DNA of 52,078 bases from an uncultured Collinsella sp. (lineage in GTDB: Bacteria; Actinomycetota; Coriobacteriia; Coriobacteriales; Coriobacteriaceae): contig URHU01000001.1 of assembly GCA_900547715.1 (NCBI GenBank), positions 1-52,078 of the forward strand. Direction: 5' to 3'. Shown one piece after another: positions 19,137 through 27,838 of this stretch. The position numbers and the translations under genes are program-made. Every line of letters begins with the position of its first letter. The first letter of the stretch is position 1. Under the pieces are notes generated by a model. That model was not told where the DNA came from. It searched no databases and worked only from the letters and a program-made list of their open reading frames with translations.

Positions 19137-21449
19137 CTACGCCGACGCGCTGTCGCGAGCCGCCTGGCATGTAGGAGTCTGACGCAGCGTAAGCGGCTTG
19201 TCCCCCGCCTCGGCTGACGTGGTCAGCGTATATGTGATCGTCGTCGTCTCGCCAGCATGCAGGTCAACGGTGCCCGAATAGAAGGGGATTCCATGCCACG
19301 TAGCGGCGCCAAGACCAAACTGGGTGCCCTCGACGGTCAGATCAGTAATGTTGCCGCCCGTCGGGGCAAACAACGAGACATTCAGACGCTCGTCGACGCG
19401 CGCGGCATCGGGCGCGCTCGCCGCGACGTAGTCGGGCAGCTTGCCGGCCTCCTCCTGCGTCATGATGTTCGTCAGGGTAACGGTGATGCGATACGAGCAT
19501 GTGCCGTCACCGTTCTTGATGCCCTGGCCAATCTGCGTATCGGCATTCAGGTACCAGTCGAGCTTGGAGAAGCTCAGGTTGTTAAAGTAGACACCAGCAA
19601 CGGGATCTTCACTCGGGTCATCCGGATCGGGCAGCGAGGCGTCGATGTTCATCTCCTTGATAGCGTTCTGCTCGCCATCGTTTTTCATCCACGCGATCAG
19701 GCGGCCCTCTTCGGCACCGCGCTCAACGGCGCTGACAAGCTTCGTAACATCGACATCGCCGATACCGCCAAGGATCTTGTCGAAGGCAGCGCTGGCGACG
19801 GATGCAAAGATGCCGTCCGACTCCTCGACCGGATAGTTCCAGTACACATCGTGCATGAGGACCTTTGCGGCGTTGGTGCCGTCGACAACCGTTCCGTCGG
19901 GCAGCGACACGTTACCGACCAGGCCCAGCAGATACTGCAGGAACACCGGGTCGATACCCACGACGCCGTCAACGTCCTGGCCATATTGAGATTTCCACAG
20001 GGCTGCGACACGCTGCGAGTTGCGGGGCCAATCAGGCGAATAGGTATTGCCCGAGTTGTACAGGTTACTGTGGTTGCCGAACAGCGCCTCATCCTCTTCG
20101 TCGACGCTCTCGACTGCCTCATCCTCGCTGAGTCCAATGCGGGGAACAAACTCGCCAATCGACATCTGGCCGTCGGTGACCGAAATCAGGCCCTGCGAAC
20201 CGCCAAAGCCGCCGCAGGCACGAATCTCGACGTTGTTCATGGCGTACACAAGGTAGTTGCGCGTCTGGCCGTTGGCGCCGAGCATCTGCGGAAGGACGGG
20301 AGCGACCTTCTCCGCCGCGTCAACCGCGCCGTTGAGGGTGGCAAAGCCGTCCTTGGCCTTATCGACCAGCTCGGTCACCTGGGAAATATGAGTATCGCCA
20401 ATGCCCTGGATCTTCTCGTTGGCGCTCTTGAACACCTTCGAGCTGCTGGAAAGCGAATCGGCGACCGCCTGCAGCGCGGACACGTTAATCATGCCGTCCT
20501 GAAACAGCTTGCCGGGCGTGGCCTGCGAAAGGTTATCGGCCATGGGAACCAGCGCATTGCTCGAGACATCGGACAGGGCGTCGATCATGGTGCGGGCCGC
20601 ATTGATGTCGCTGCCATACACCGGGATAAACGAAGCCGCCGTCCACAGCGGGCTCGAGGTCTCCGCCTTCATGCTGTCGCAAAGCTCATCAATCTTCTTC
20701 GCGTCGTCAGGCAGCGTCGAAAAATCGCCCGACGTGACCTTGTCCTTAAGGCCACCGACAATCTCGACGGCCTCCTTCGCTTCACTCTTTACGGTCTTTG
20801 CCGAGTTAAGCAGCATAAAGCCGCTTGCGCCAAGCGCAACGAGAAGCACCGCGACTGCAGCGGCAATAATGGCGCCGGCGTGACGCTTTTTGCGTTCGCC
20901 CTTGCGATGGCGATGACGGACCAGACCGTCAGAGGTCGAACTCGACGAAGCGTCGCTACCGTAGTTCAAGCCAAAATCGTAATAATCTTCCTTGGAACCC
21001 GAGCCCGCAAACTCGGCACCGCTATCATCCAGGCGGGCGAACGTGCCAGTCTCGGAGGCACCGGTGTAAATCGTGCCAAGGTTACCCGTAAGCCCCGCGC
21101 CACCGGCAGAGGGAGTATTGTTGGCGGCCTTGCCGGCATTAACGTTGCCGGCGGCATTTGCGGCGTTGGCAGCACCTGCGTTGTTCGCAGGTACCGAAGG
21201 AGCCCCGCTCGGCTGCGACGCGGAGGTTGCACCGCCCGCAAAGACATTCCCTCTTGCACGGCCGGTCTTTTTTGCCTTTTGAGACTGCTCGTACAGAGCG
21301 GTAAACATCGCCGTCTCGCCCGGGGACACGCGCTTACTGGAACCGCCCTGTCCAGCGCCGCCCGGCGTGCCGGCCTTACCAGCCCCGTTCGGACGCGGCG
21401 GAACTGCAGGACGGCCGCTATCGCTGCCCTTAAAGTGATTACCAGCCAT
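19137..21449 (-). CDS. DUF4012-domain membrane-anchored protein
   Basis: Low-complexity N-tail, one TM helix, helical region, then RNYLVYAMNNVEIRACGGF, SPDWP, VDGVVGIDP and SKLDWYL typical of DUF4012 proteins. Confidence 0.8.
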   Translation of the reverse strand: MAGNHFKGSDSGRPAVPPRPNGAGKAGTPGGAGQGGSSKRVSPGETAMFTALYEQSQKAKKTGRARGNVFAGGATSASQPSGAPSVPANNAGAANAANAAGNVNAGKAANNTPSAGGAGLTGNLGTIYTGASETGTFARLDDSGAEFAGSGSKEDYYDFGLNYGSDASSSSTSDGLVRHRHRKGERKKRHAGAIIAAAVAVLLVALGASGFMLLNSAKTVKSEAKEAVEIVGGLKDKVTSGDFSTLPDDAKKIDELCDSMKAETSSPLWTAASFIPVYGSDINAARTMIDALSDVSSNALVPMADNLSQATPGKLFQDGMINVSALQAVADSLSSSSKVFKSANEKIQGIGDTHISQVTELVDKAKDGFATLNGAVDAAEKVAPVLPQMLGANGQTRNYLVYAMNNVEIRACGGFGGSQGLISVTDGQMSIGEFVPRIGLSEDEAVESVDEEDEALFGNHSNLYNSGNTYSPDWPRNSQRVAALWKSQYGQDVDGVVGIDPVFLQYLLGLVGNVSLPDGTVVDGTNAAKVLMHDVYWNYPVEESDGIFASVASAAFDKILGGIGDVDVTKLVSAVERGAEEGRLIAWMKNDGEQNAIKEMNIDASLPDPDDPSEDPVAGVYFNNLSFSKLDWYLNADTQIGQGIKNGDGTCSYRITVTLTNIMTQEEAGKLPDYVAASAPDAARVDERLNVSLFAPTGGNITDLTVEGTQFGLGAATWHGIPFYSGTVDLHAGETTTITYTLTTSAEAGDKPLTLRQTPTCQAARDSASA

Positions 21450-21598
21450 AAAGAAATCCTCGCAATTGAGTCGCAATGAAAAAATCCATAACGTTACTAG
21501 TTTATGGCATTTTGAGCATCGACAGCTAAACTCCAGACACGGACGTCAATTGGCGAAAATGCGGCACAACACCTTTTCTATCTTGGCGGCGGCGCCAG

Positions 21599-22621
21599 CT
21601 ACACCGTGAGGAACATCATCACGATGATCATGGCAAAGCCGATAAGGTCGGTCGGCAAAAACACCGTGCCCAGCATAACGGCGCTGGTGATGGTCGCCGA
21701 AACCGGCTCCACAGTTCCGATGAGGCTCGCACGCACCGAGCCGATGTCCTTAACGCCCTGCATATAGAGCATGTAAGCAAAAAACGAGCCGATAACCACG
21801 AATACCGCGAGCGCCTCGACGCCGGCAGCGTCGAGTGCCGGCATATGCGCCCAAGGCTGCACGAAGACGCACGAGACCACGCCCGCCGTGAGCATTGCCG
21901 AGCCCGTGACGATGGGGCTGCCGTATTCGGGCAGGATCTTGGCGGGAATCACCGCCATACACGTGGCGCTGACCGCACACATAAGACCTGCTGCCAGGCC
22001 AAGCGGCGAGATATTCAGGCTGGTGGGGTCGCCGCCGGTGGCGATTAAAAAGGTTCCACCCAGAGCCAGGCCAATGCCGATAACTTCGCGAGTACGCGGC
22101 ATGCGGCGATCGGTCACGCAGGTGTAGCCCATGATGATAACGAGCTGCAGGCACTGGAGCACCGTCGCGGTTCCGGCGTTCGTCAGGCGCACGGCCGAAA
22201 GATAGCAAAACTGGTTGAACAGCAGACCAAAGGCGGTAAAGAGCAGCAGCTGCTTGCGATCGGCGGGTGTGGTCCAGAGCTTAATCAGGCGCTCGCGGTC
22301 GCGCGTAACAACCACGGCCATAAAGAGTAGACCGGCGAGAATCTGACGCACGCTCATAAGCCACAAGGTGTCGACGTGGTAGGTATCGAACAGAAAGCTC
22401 GCGCTGGTGCCCGAGAAGCCCCAAAACGAACCGCCCACCAACGTAGCCAAGACGCCCGTGATCATCCTGCGCGTCGAAGCGCTGTTCAGGCGCTCGCGCC
22501 AAGCGCGGCGGGTGCTACGGCTGAGCTCATCGGTGCCCTCGGGCACATCAATGTTCGATATATCGGTCATCGGCACCGAAGCCCCTGCGCCTTCGACCTG
22601 CTCGACACGCTCTTTGCTCAT
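21599..22621 (-). CDS. DMT/EamA family transporter
   Basis: Two EamA repeats (GGSFWGFSG, NAGTATVLQ, EPVSAT). ATG at 22621. Confidence 0.88.
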   Translation of the reverse strand: MSKERVEQVEGAGASVPMTDISNIDVPEGTDELSRSTRRAWRERLNSASTRRMITGVLATLVGGSFWGFSGTSASFLFDTYHVDTLWLMSVRQILAGLLFMAVVVTRDRERLIKLWTTPADRKQLLLFTAFGLLFNQFCYLSAVRLTNAGTATVLQCLQLVIIMGYTCVTDRRMPRTREVIGIGLALGGTFLIATGGDPTSLNISPLGLAAGLMCAVSATCMAVIPAKILPEYGSPIVTGSAMLTAGVVSCVFVQPWAHMPALDAAGVEALAVFVVIGSFFAYMLYMQGVKDIGSVRASLIGTVEPVSATITSAVMLGTVFLPTDLIGFAMIIVMMFLTV

Positions 22622-22910
22622 TCCATTCCCTCGAAGCAGCCTGGAAACAATTCGGCTTACCTTACCACGGCGAAGGCACCAGCCGAAGGCTTGTCCGCTT
22701 ATCGGTAGGACAATTCCGCAGACGTCTTTCCATAGCTCGATACCGCAATGGCCTTGCATTATGCGACAGTCAAATCGCGGCAGCAGGCTCTTTTGAAATG
22801 GATATGACAAAGCCCCCGAATTCCACAATGTAAGCGATTTTTAAAAATGTTCTTGCCACCGAGTTCAGGCTCCGTTATATTATCCCTTGCGCGCTTGCGC
22901 ACCCTTGATC

Positions 22911-22985
22911 GGGCGTTTAGCTCAGGGGGAGAGCGCTTCCCTGACACGGAAGAGGTCAGAAGTTCAAATCTTCTAACGCCCACCA
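22911..22985 (+). tRNA. tRNA-Val(GAC)
   Basis: Cloverleaf GGGCGTT/AACGCCC, anticodon arm CTTCC-CTGACAC-GGAAG, T-loop TTCAAAT, encoded CCA; upstream TTGCCA/TATATT promoter. Confidence 0.97.
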
Positions 22986-22993
22986 AATGTTCG

Positions 22994-23025
22994 CAGCTCA
23001 GAGGCTATGTCCTCTGGGCTGTTTT
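22994..23025 (+). terminator. Terminator hairpin after tRNA-Val
   Basis: CAGCTCAGAGG/CCTCTGGGCTG followed by TTTTGTTTT. Confidence 0.7.
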
Positions 23026-23125
23026 GTTTTGGTCGCCAAATGGGTCGCCAAATCGCCGGCAAAAGGTACCTCAATTCATGAAAGAGCGGTTCTGAGCGTC
23101 TGTTTAGCCTTGTTATCTCAATCGA

Positions 23126-23770
23126 GTGGGGTTGACCATTTTGAACATAACCGTGCATCTCGTTGACGTTTCTGCGATCGATCCCGGCGAGACCGTTGAT
23201 ATGGCATCAATCGCGGGACGCTATGCCTTACGCGCTTCCAACGGGGATCTCCCAATTGCGTCTCGGAGGGAGGCTGCAGGCGTGGGCCTGCTTCTTCGCG
23301 ACGCCCTGGGTGTCTTCGACGACATCCAGCTTGCGCGTTCTGCTTTCGGCAAGATTGAGCTTGTGGATGGGGAGGCCCCCTCTATTTCCATTTCACATGG
23401 CGGAAGCGTGGCCGTCCTCGCTGTTTCCGATGTTGCTCGGTCGGTCGGAGGACCTATTGGCGTGGATATCGAGGCGATCGATGAGATTGCCCCCGTTGCG
23501 GTTGGGCGTATGGCAAACGACGACGAGCGCGTGTGGATTAACGCTGCCCCCAATTTGCAAGAACGCAATCTTCGCCTGAGTCAGACGTGGACGCGTATCG
23601 AGGCCATCCTCAAGGCTGAAGGCGTCGGGTTTTCGATTGACCCTCGCAAAGATGGCATGCCCGGTGGATGGAATACTTCGTCGGTGACATACGGTCGCTG
23701 CGTCATCTCTTGTGCGGCGCACTCTATGCCTCGTATCGTCCTCAAGGAGCATACCTTTCGGGTAGCATAG
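23126..23770 (+). CDS. Sfp-type 4'-phosphopantetheinyl transferase
   Basis: FGK..., SISISH, IGVDIE and WTRIEAILKAEGVG (WxxxEAxxK) motifs. Start may be the TTG at 23141. Confidence 0.88.
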   Translation: MGLTILNITVHLVDVSAIDPGETVDMASIAGRYALRASNGDLPIASRREAAGVGLLLRDALGVFDDIQLARSAFGKIELVDGEAPSISISHGGSVAVLAVSDVARSVGGPIGVDIEAIDEIAPVAVGRMANDDERVWINAAPNLQERNLRLSQTWTRIEAILKAEGVGFSIDPRKDGMPGGWNTSSVTYGRCVISCAAHSMPRIVLKEHTFRVA

Positions 23771-23798
23771 GAGCCAATCGCCAATAGGGGAGGCCGCT

Positions 23799-24416
23799 AT
23801 GTCACTGAACGCTCAAAACGATATCGCTTCACGGATCGAGGATGCCGTCTTTGAACTTATGGCGACAACTCCGGTGCAGTCGATTAAGGTGGCCGAGGTA
23901 CTTCGCCTTGCCCATACATCCAAATCGACGTTCTATCGCTGTTATCGCTCTGTCGATGATGTGGTTAAACGGTTTGAAGATGAGCTGCTCCAGAATATGC
24001 AGGACATCAATGATGTTGCGTTGGAGGCTCGTTTTGGCGATGCGCAGCTGGACCCTACGCCCACGATGATCAAGCGCATGGAGATTCTCAAGGCTAATCG
24101 CTCGAAAGTTTTGGCGCTTAACAGCGATAACGGCGATCCGGTGTTTGCTCACAAGGCAACGATCTTTATGCATGACTATTTTCGTAATCGGCTTCGCTCG
24201 ACATTTTCCGATGAAACGGACCTCGACCTGTATCTAGCCTTTGCGCTTGCGGGTCACCATAACCTCATTCAGTATTGGCTCGAGGCCCGGCCCGACCTCG
24301 AGGCGCGCACCGTTGCCGCTGCCCTCAATCGCATGTTCTACGCACCACTCTTTGTCGACGATGCATCGCGTCATTGGCACCCAAGTATTCCCGATTTTGA
24401 AAGGCCGGTCGCGTGA
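23799..24416 (+). CDS. TetR/AcrR family transcriptional regulator
   Basis: HTH IKVAEVLRLAHTSKSTFYRCYRS; C-terminal GHHNLIQYWL; GGGGAGG RBS. Confidence 0.88.
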   Translation: MSLNAQNDIASRIEDAVFELMATTPVQSIKVAEVLRLAHTSKSTFYRCYRSVDDVVKRFEDELLQNMQDINDVALEARFGDAQLDPTPTMIKRMEILKANRSKVLALNSDNGDPVFAHKATIFMHDYFRNRLRSTFSDETDLDLYLAFALAGHHNLIQYWLEARPDLEARTVAAALNRMFYAPLFVDDASRHWHPSIPDFERPVA

Positions 24417-24522
24417 ACGGTCGATATCTGGGGATAAACGGTTGTATTCAGGGCGAATTTTAGATACCTCGGATCATTAGCTCAAATACTACGAGTGCGT
24501 TTATCTGCTATTTGGAACGCCT

Positions 24523-24565
24523 AGCCCCAATGTGTCCCATATGATGGGACACATTGGGGCTTTTT
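24523..24565. promoter_or_regulatory. Perfect 18-bp inverted repeat upstream of the thiolase operon (terminator and/or TetR operator)
   Basis: AGCCCCAATGTGTCCCAT-ATG-ATGGGACACATTGGGGCT followed by TTTT. Confidence 0.6.
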
Positions 24566-24737
24566 GTCTCACGCGTCTCGTTTAACCCCTCGTAAACTTA
24601 AGCTACGTTCAAAAGAACCACTGCAGTAGTTCAACGTGTGACGGCACAGAAAAGCCGCGAGCGCTCTCTCACCTTCGCTCGCGGCTGGACTGCGCCATCA
24701 TTCCGTACACCTTCACATGATTAGGATGTGATATTCA

Positions 24738-26024
24738 GTGGTTACGCTCGGAAAGAACATGCGCAGCGTCTCGATTGTAGGCGTAGGCTGCACCCCGTTC
24801 AAGGATTTTGAGGAGCATCCCGAGACCCAGGGTATTGGCGAGGGCGAGGCGTTTGGCTATGCGGCCCTCGAGGCAATTGCCGATGCCGGTCTTGAGCCCC
24901 GCGATATCGACTTTTTCTATCACGGCAGCGCCAATCCGTATCTCGTTGGCGATTGCATTACCCCCAACATGCAGGTTGCCGATTGGTTTGGCGTTCGTGC
25001 CAAGGGCTCTGTCCATCATTCCGAGGCTTGCTGCACGGGCTACGTCGCCCTTGAGCAGGCCGTGATGGCAGTCGCCTCCGGTGCCTACGATGTTGTCCTT
25101 ACGGGTGCCTGCGATTTGGCTTCGACGCTTCCCGTTGAGCATATGCCCTCCCATATTCGTCAGGACTTTACGCTCGACGTTATGATTCCCTCGCTCGATA
25201 AGATCTATGACCGCGCTTATGGTCGCCCGCTCGATGGCGCCTTTGGCGTGTCGTTCGACAACTGGATCAACGAGTATTCGATGCAGTACGACCTTACCGC
25301 CGATCAGATCGATGACGCCCTGAACGGCCTTACCAAGAGCCTTCGCCGCGGTGCCGTCCTGAATCCCCTTGCCTGGTACGAGACCACGGTCGAGGAGGAC
25401 GCGAAGGCAGCTGGGTTCGATACCGCCGACGAGTATCTCAAGAGCATGTACAACCCGCGCGTTACGCAGTACCTGCGCGTTACCGGCTTTGAGAAGAAGT
25501 GCGACGGTGCCGCCGCTGTTGTCGTAATGCCCACGGAGAAGGCCAAGGCCATGGGTGTCCCATATGCACCTATCGAGGTTATGGGTACGGGTGCCTCTGC
25601 TGTCGAGGCCGGTCTGCTCCACAACGAGCACTGGGCTACCGAGCTTGCCGCCAAACAGGTTTATGACCTTACCGGCGTGAGCCCCGATGAGATTGACCTG
25701 TTCATGTGCAATGACTTCTTCCTGGCTTCCGAGATCGTTTCGGCCGAGGAGTGCGGCTATATTCCGCGCGGCGAGGCTTGGAAGTACGCGATCGATGGTC
25801 GCACCGCTTTTGACGGCGATAAGCCCATCAACCCGCACGGTGGCCGTTGCAACTTCGGTCACGCCCATGGCGCATCCGGCATCGCCGATATCGTCGAGGC
25901 CGTCAAGCAGATGCGTGGCGTCGCCGGTGCTACCCAGATGAAGAAGATCCCCGAGACGGCGTTCCTGCGCGGTTTTGGCGGTTCTCAGAACGTGCGCTGC
26001 CAGATTCTTCGTACCGTCGCCTAA
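24738..26024 (+). CDS. SCP2-type (non-canonical) thiolase-fold protein
   Basis: VSIVGVGCTPF, EACCTG (CxxG nucleophile loop), CDGAAAVV, INPHGGRCNFGHAHGASG (GHxxGAxG). The HDCF position reads NDFF. Alternative ATG at 24759. Confidence 0.9.
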   Translation: MVTLGKNMRSVSIVGVGCTPFKDFEEHPETQGIGEGEAFGYAALEAIADAGLEPRDIDFFYHGSANPYLVGDCITPNMQVADWFGVRAKGSVHHSEACCTGYVALEQAVMAVASGAYDVVLTGACDLASTLPVEHMPSHIRQDFTLDVMIPSLDKIYDRAYGRPLDGAFGVSFDNWINEYSMQYDLTADQIDDALNGLTKSLRRGAVLNPLAWYETTVEEDAKAAGFDTADEYLKSMYNPRVTQYLRVTGFEKKCDGAAAVVVMPTEKAKAMGVPYAPIEVMGTGASAVEAGLLHNEHWATELAAKQVYDLTGVSPDEIDLFMCNDFFLASEIVSAEECGYIPRGEAWKYAIDGRTAFDGDKPINPHGGRCNFGHAHGASGIADIVEAVKQMRGVAGATQMKKIPETAFLRGFGGSQNVRCQILRTVA

Positions 26025-26062
26025 GCGACCGCGGTTTTCGATTTCCCATAAGGAGTATTCTC

Positions 26063-26485
26063 ATGCAACTCAAAGATATGGAGCCCGTGGTCAAGAAGTT
26101 CTACACGGGTCTTGAAGAGGGCATCTATTGGGCACGTCAGTGCCCCGAGTGTGGAGCCGTCGAGTTTCCGCCTCACCTTGCCTGCAATGCCTGCGGCTAC
26201 CACAAGACCGATTGGGTCCAGGTTTCCGGTCATGGCCATCTAATCGATTTTACCCTGCCTGGTCCGCAGAACGACAAGCCCTACCTCAAGGAGTATGGCA
26301 AGTACGCCTACGGCGCCGTCGATATCGACGAGGGTTCTCAGTACACCTACGTCATCTACGGCATTACCAAGAAGAAGGCCCCCGAGATTCGTGCCAAGCT
26401 CATGGCGGGCGAGACCGTTGGCGTCCATGCCAAGGTTATCGACCGTCCGGGCTACAAAGAGCTTACGTTCGAGCTTGACGACTAG
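26063..26485 (+). CDS. DUF35-family Zn-ribbon/OB-fold thiolase partner
   Basis: FYTGLEEG...QCPECGAVEFPPHLACNACG...WVQVSGHGHLIDFT; AAGGAG RBS before ATG 26063. Confidence 0.9.
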   Translation: MQLKDMEPVVKKFYTGLEEGIYWARQCPECGAVEFPPHLACNACGYHKTDWVQVSGHGHLIDFTLPGPQNDKPYLKEYGKYAYGAVDIDEGSQYTYVIYGITKKKAPEIRAKLMAGETVGVHAKVIDRPGYKELTFELDD

Positions 26486-26588
26486 GTTTTCACCCCTGTA
26501 ACAATTCGATTCCTCTCTTAGGCCACGGCGGGACCCATGTCTCCAGCCCGCCGTGGTCGCCCCTCTTTTTCGATTGAAAGGCACCATC

Positions 26589-26822
26589 ATGAACGAAGAA
26601 CTCACTCAGCAGATCTGCGATTTTGCCAAGTCCGCCTACAACTATGACGGCGATGTGACCCCCGAGACGACGTTTGAGACCCTGGGCAAGGGCTCGATGA
26701 AGATGATCGCTCTGACCTCCATGATCGAGAACGAACTCGATGCCGAGGTTCCCGTTCGCGAGGTCATGGTCATGAAGACCATCGGCGAGCTTATCGAGCG
26801 CACTGCCGAAGAGATGGAGTAA
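26589..26822 (+). CDS. Acyl carrier protein (variant LGKGS motif)
   Basis: 77-aa acidic protein with VTPETTFETLGKGSMKMIALTSMIENEL...TIGELI, matching the ACP pattern and carrying Ser at the phosphopantetheine position. Confidence 0.8.
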   Translation: MNEELTQQICDFAKSAYNYDGDVTPETTFETLGKGSMKMIALTSMIENELDAEVPVREVMVMKTIGELIERTAEEME

Positions 26823-26827
26823 CTGCC

Positions 26828-27835
26828 ATGGACCTGATGCAGACCCTGCGCGAGCAGGCTGCCGCCAAGCCTATGCGCGTTGCTTTTCCCGAGGGCGAAA
26901 ACGAGACCATGATGCAGGCGGTCGCAAAGATCGCCACCGAGCATCTTGCCGAATGTGTGCTGGTCGGCGATGGCGGCAAGCTCAAGGAGCTTGCCGATGA
27001 GCGCGGCATCTCCCTTGACGGCATCGAGATTGTCGATGTGACCGACGAGGAGGCGAACGCCGCCTGCTGCGAGCGCTACCTTTCTCATCCGGATTGCAAG
27101 TTTAAGCCCAAGGGCGCTGCGCGCCGTATGACGCGTCCGCTTGAGCGCGCCCTGATTTTGCAGGTGCTCGGCGATGTCGACGTTATGTTCGCCGGTATCG
27201 ATAACGCCACGGGCGATATTATCCTGGCTGGTCAGACCATCGTCGGTCTTGCCGACGGGGTGGACACCGTGAGCTCGTGCGGTATCGCCGACATCCCCAA
27301 CTGGAATGGCGGCGAAGGTGGCCTTTTGGCTTTTGGCGATTCTGCCGTGTGCGTTGACCCCACGAGCGAGGAGCTTGCCTCGATCGCGATTTCGTCGAGC
27401 GAAACGGTGCGCTCACTGACCGGATGGGATATCCGTTGTGCGCTGCTTTCGCATTCAACTGACGGTTCGATGGACAATGAGCTTGTCGAAAAGGTGCGTC
27501 GTGCTCGCGAGATTGCCAACGATCGCCGTCCCGACCTGGCCATCGACGGTGAGTTCCAGTTTGATTCGGCGATTAACCCCAAGGTTGCGGCCAAGAAGGT
27601 ACGTCGTGAGTCTGCTGTTGCGGGCAAAGCCAACGTGGTCATCTGGCCCGATATCAACGTGGGCAATATCGGCGTCAAGATTATCCAGAATCTGACCGGC
27701 GCCAATGCTTACGGCCCCATGCTTCAGGGCTTCAAGAAGATCGTGTGCGATTGCTCGCGCTCTGCGCCCGTCGATGAGATCGTCGGCAACGTGGTGATGA
27801 GCTGCGTGCGCGCCCAGGCGCTTAAGGAGGCTTAA
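26828..27835 (+). CDS. Phosphate acyltransferase (Pta/Ptb family)
   Basis: RVAFPEGE, ALLSHSTDGS, IDGEFQFDSA, WPDINVGNIGVK, GPMLQG, DCSRS. Confidence 0.92.
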   Translation: MDLMQTLREQAAAKPMRVAFPEGENETMMQAVAKIATEHLAECVLVGDGGKLKELADERGISLDGIEIVDVTDEEANAACCERYLSHPDCKFKPKGAARRMTRPLERALILQVLGDVDVMFAGIDNATGDIILAGQTIVGLADGVDTVSSCGIADIPNWNGGEGGLLAFGDSAVCVDPTSEELASIAISSSETVRSLTGWDIRCALLSHSTDGSMDNELVEKVRRAREIANDRRPDLAIDGEFQFDSAINPKVAAKKVRRESAVAGKANVVIWPDINVGNIGVKIIQNLTGANAYGPMLQGFKKIVCDCSRSAPVDEIVGNVVMSCVRAQALKEA

Positions 27836-27838
27836 GGC

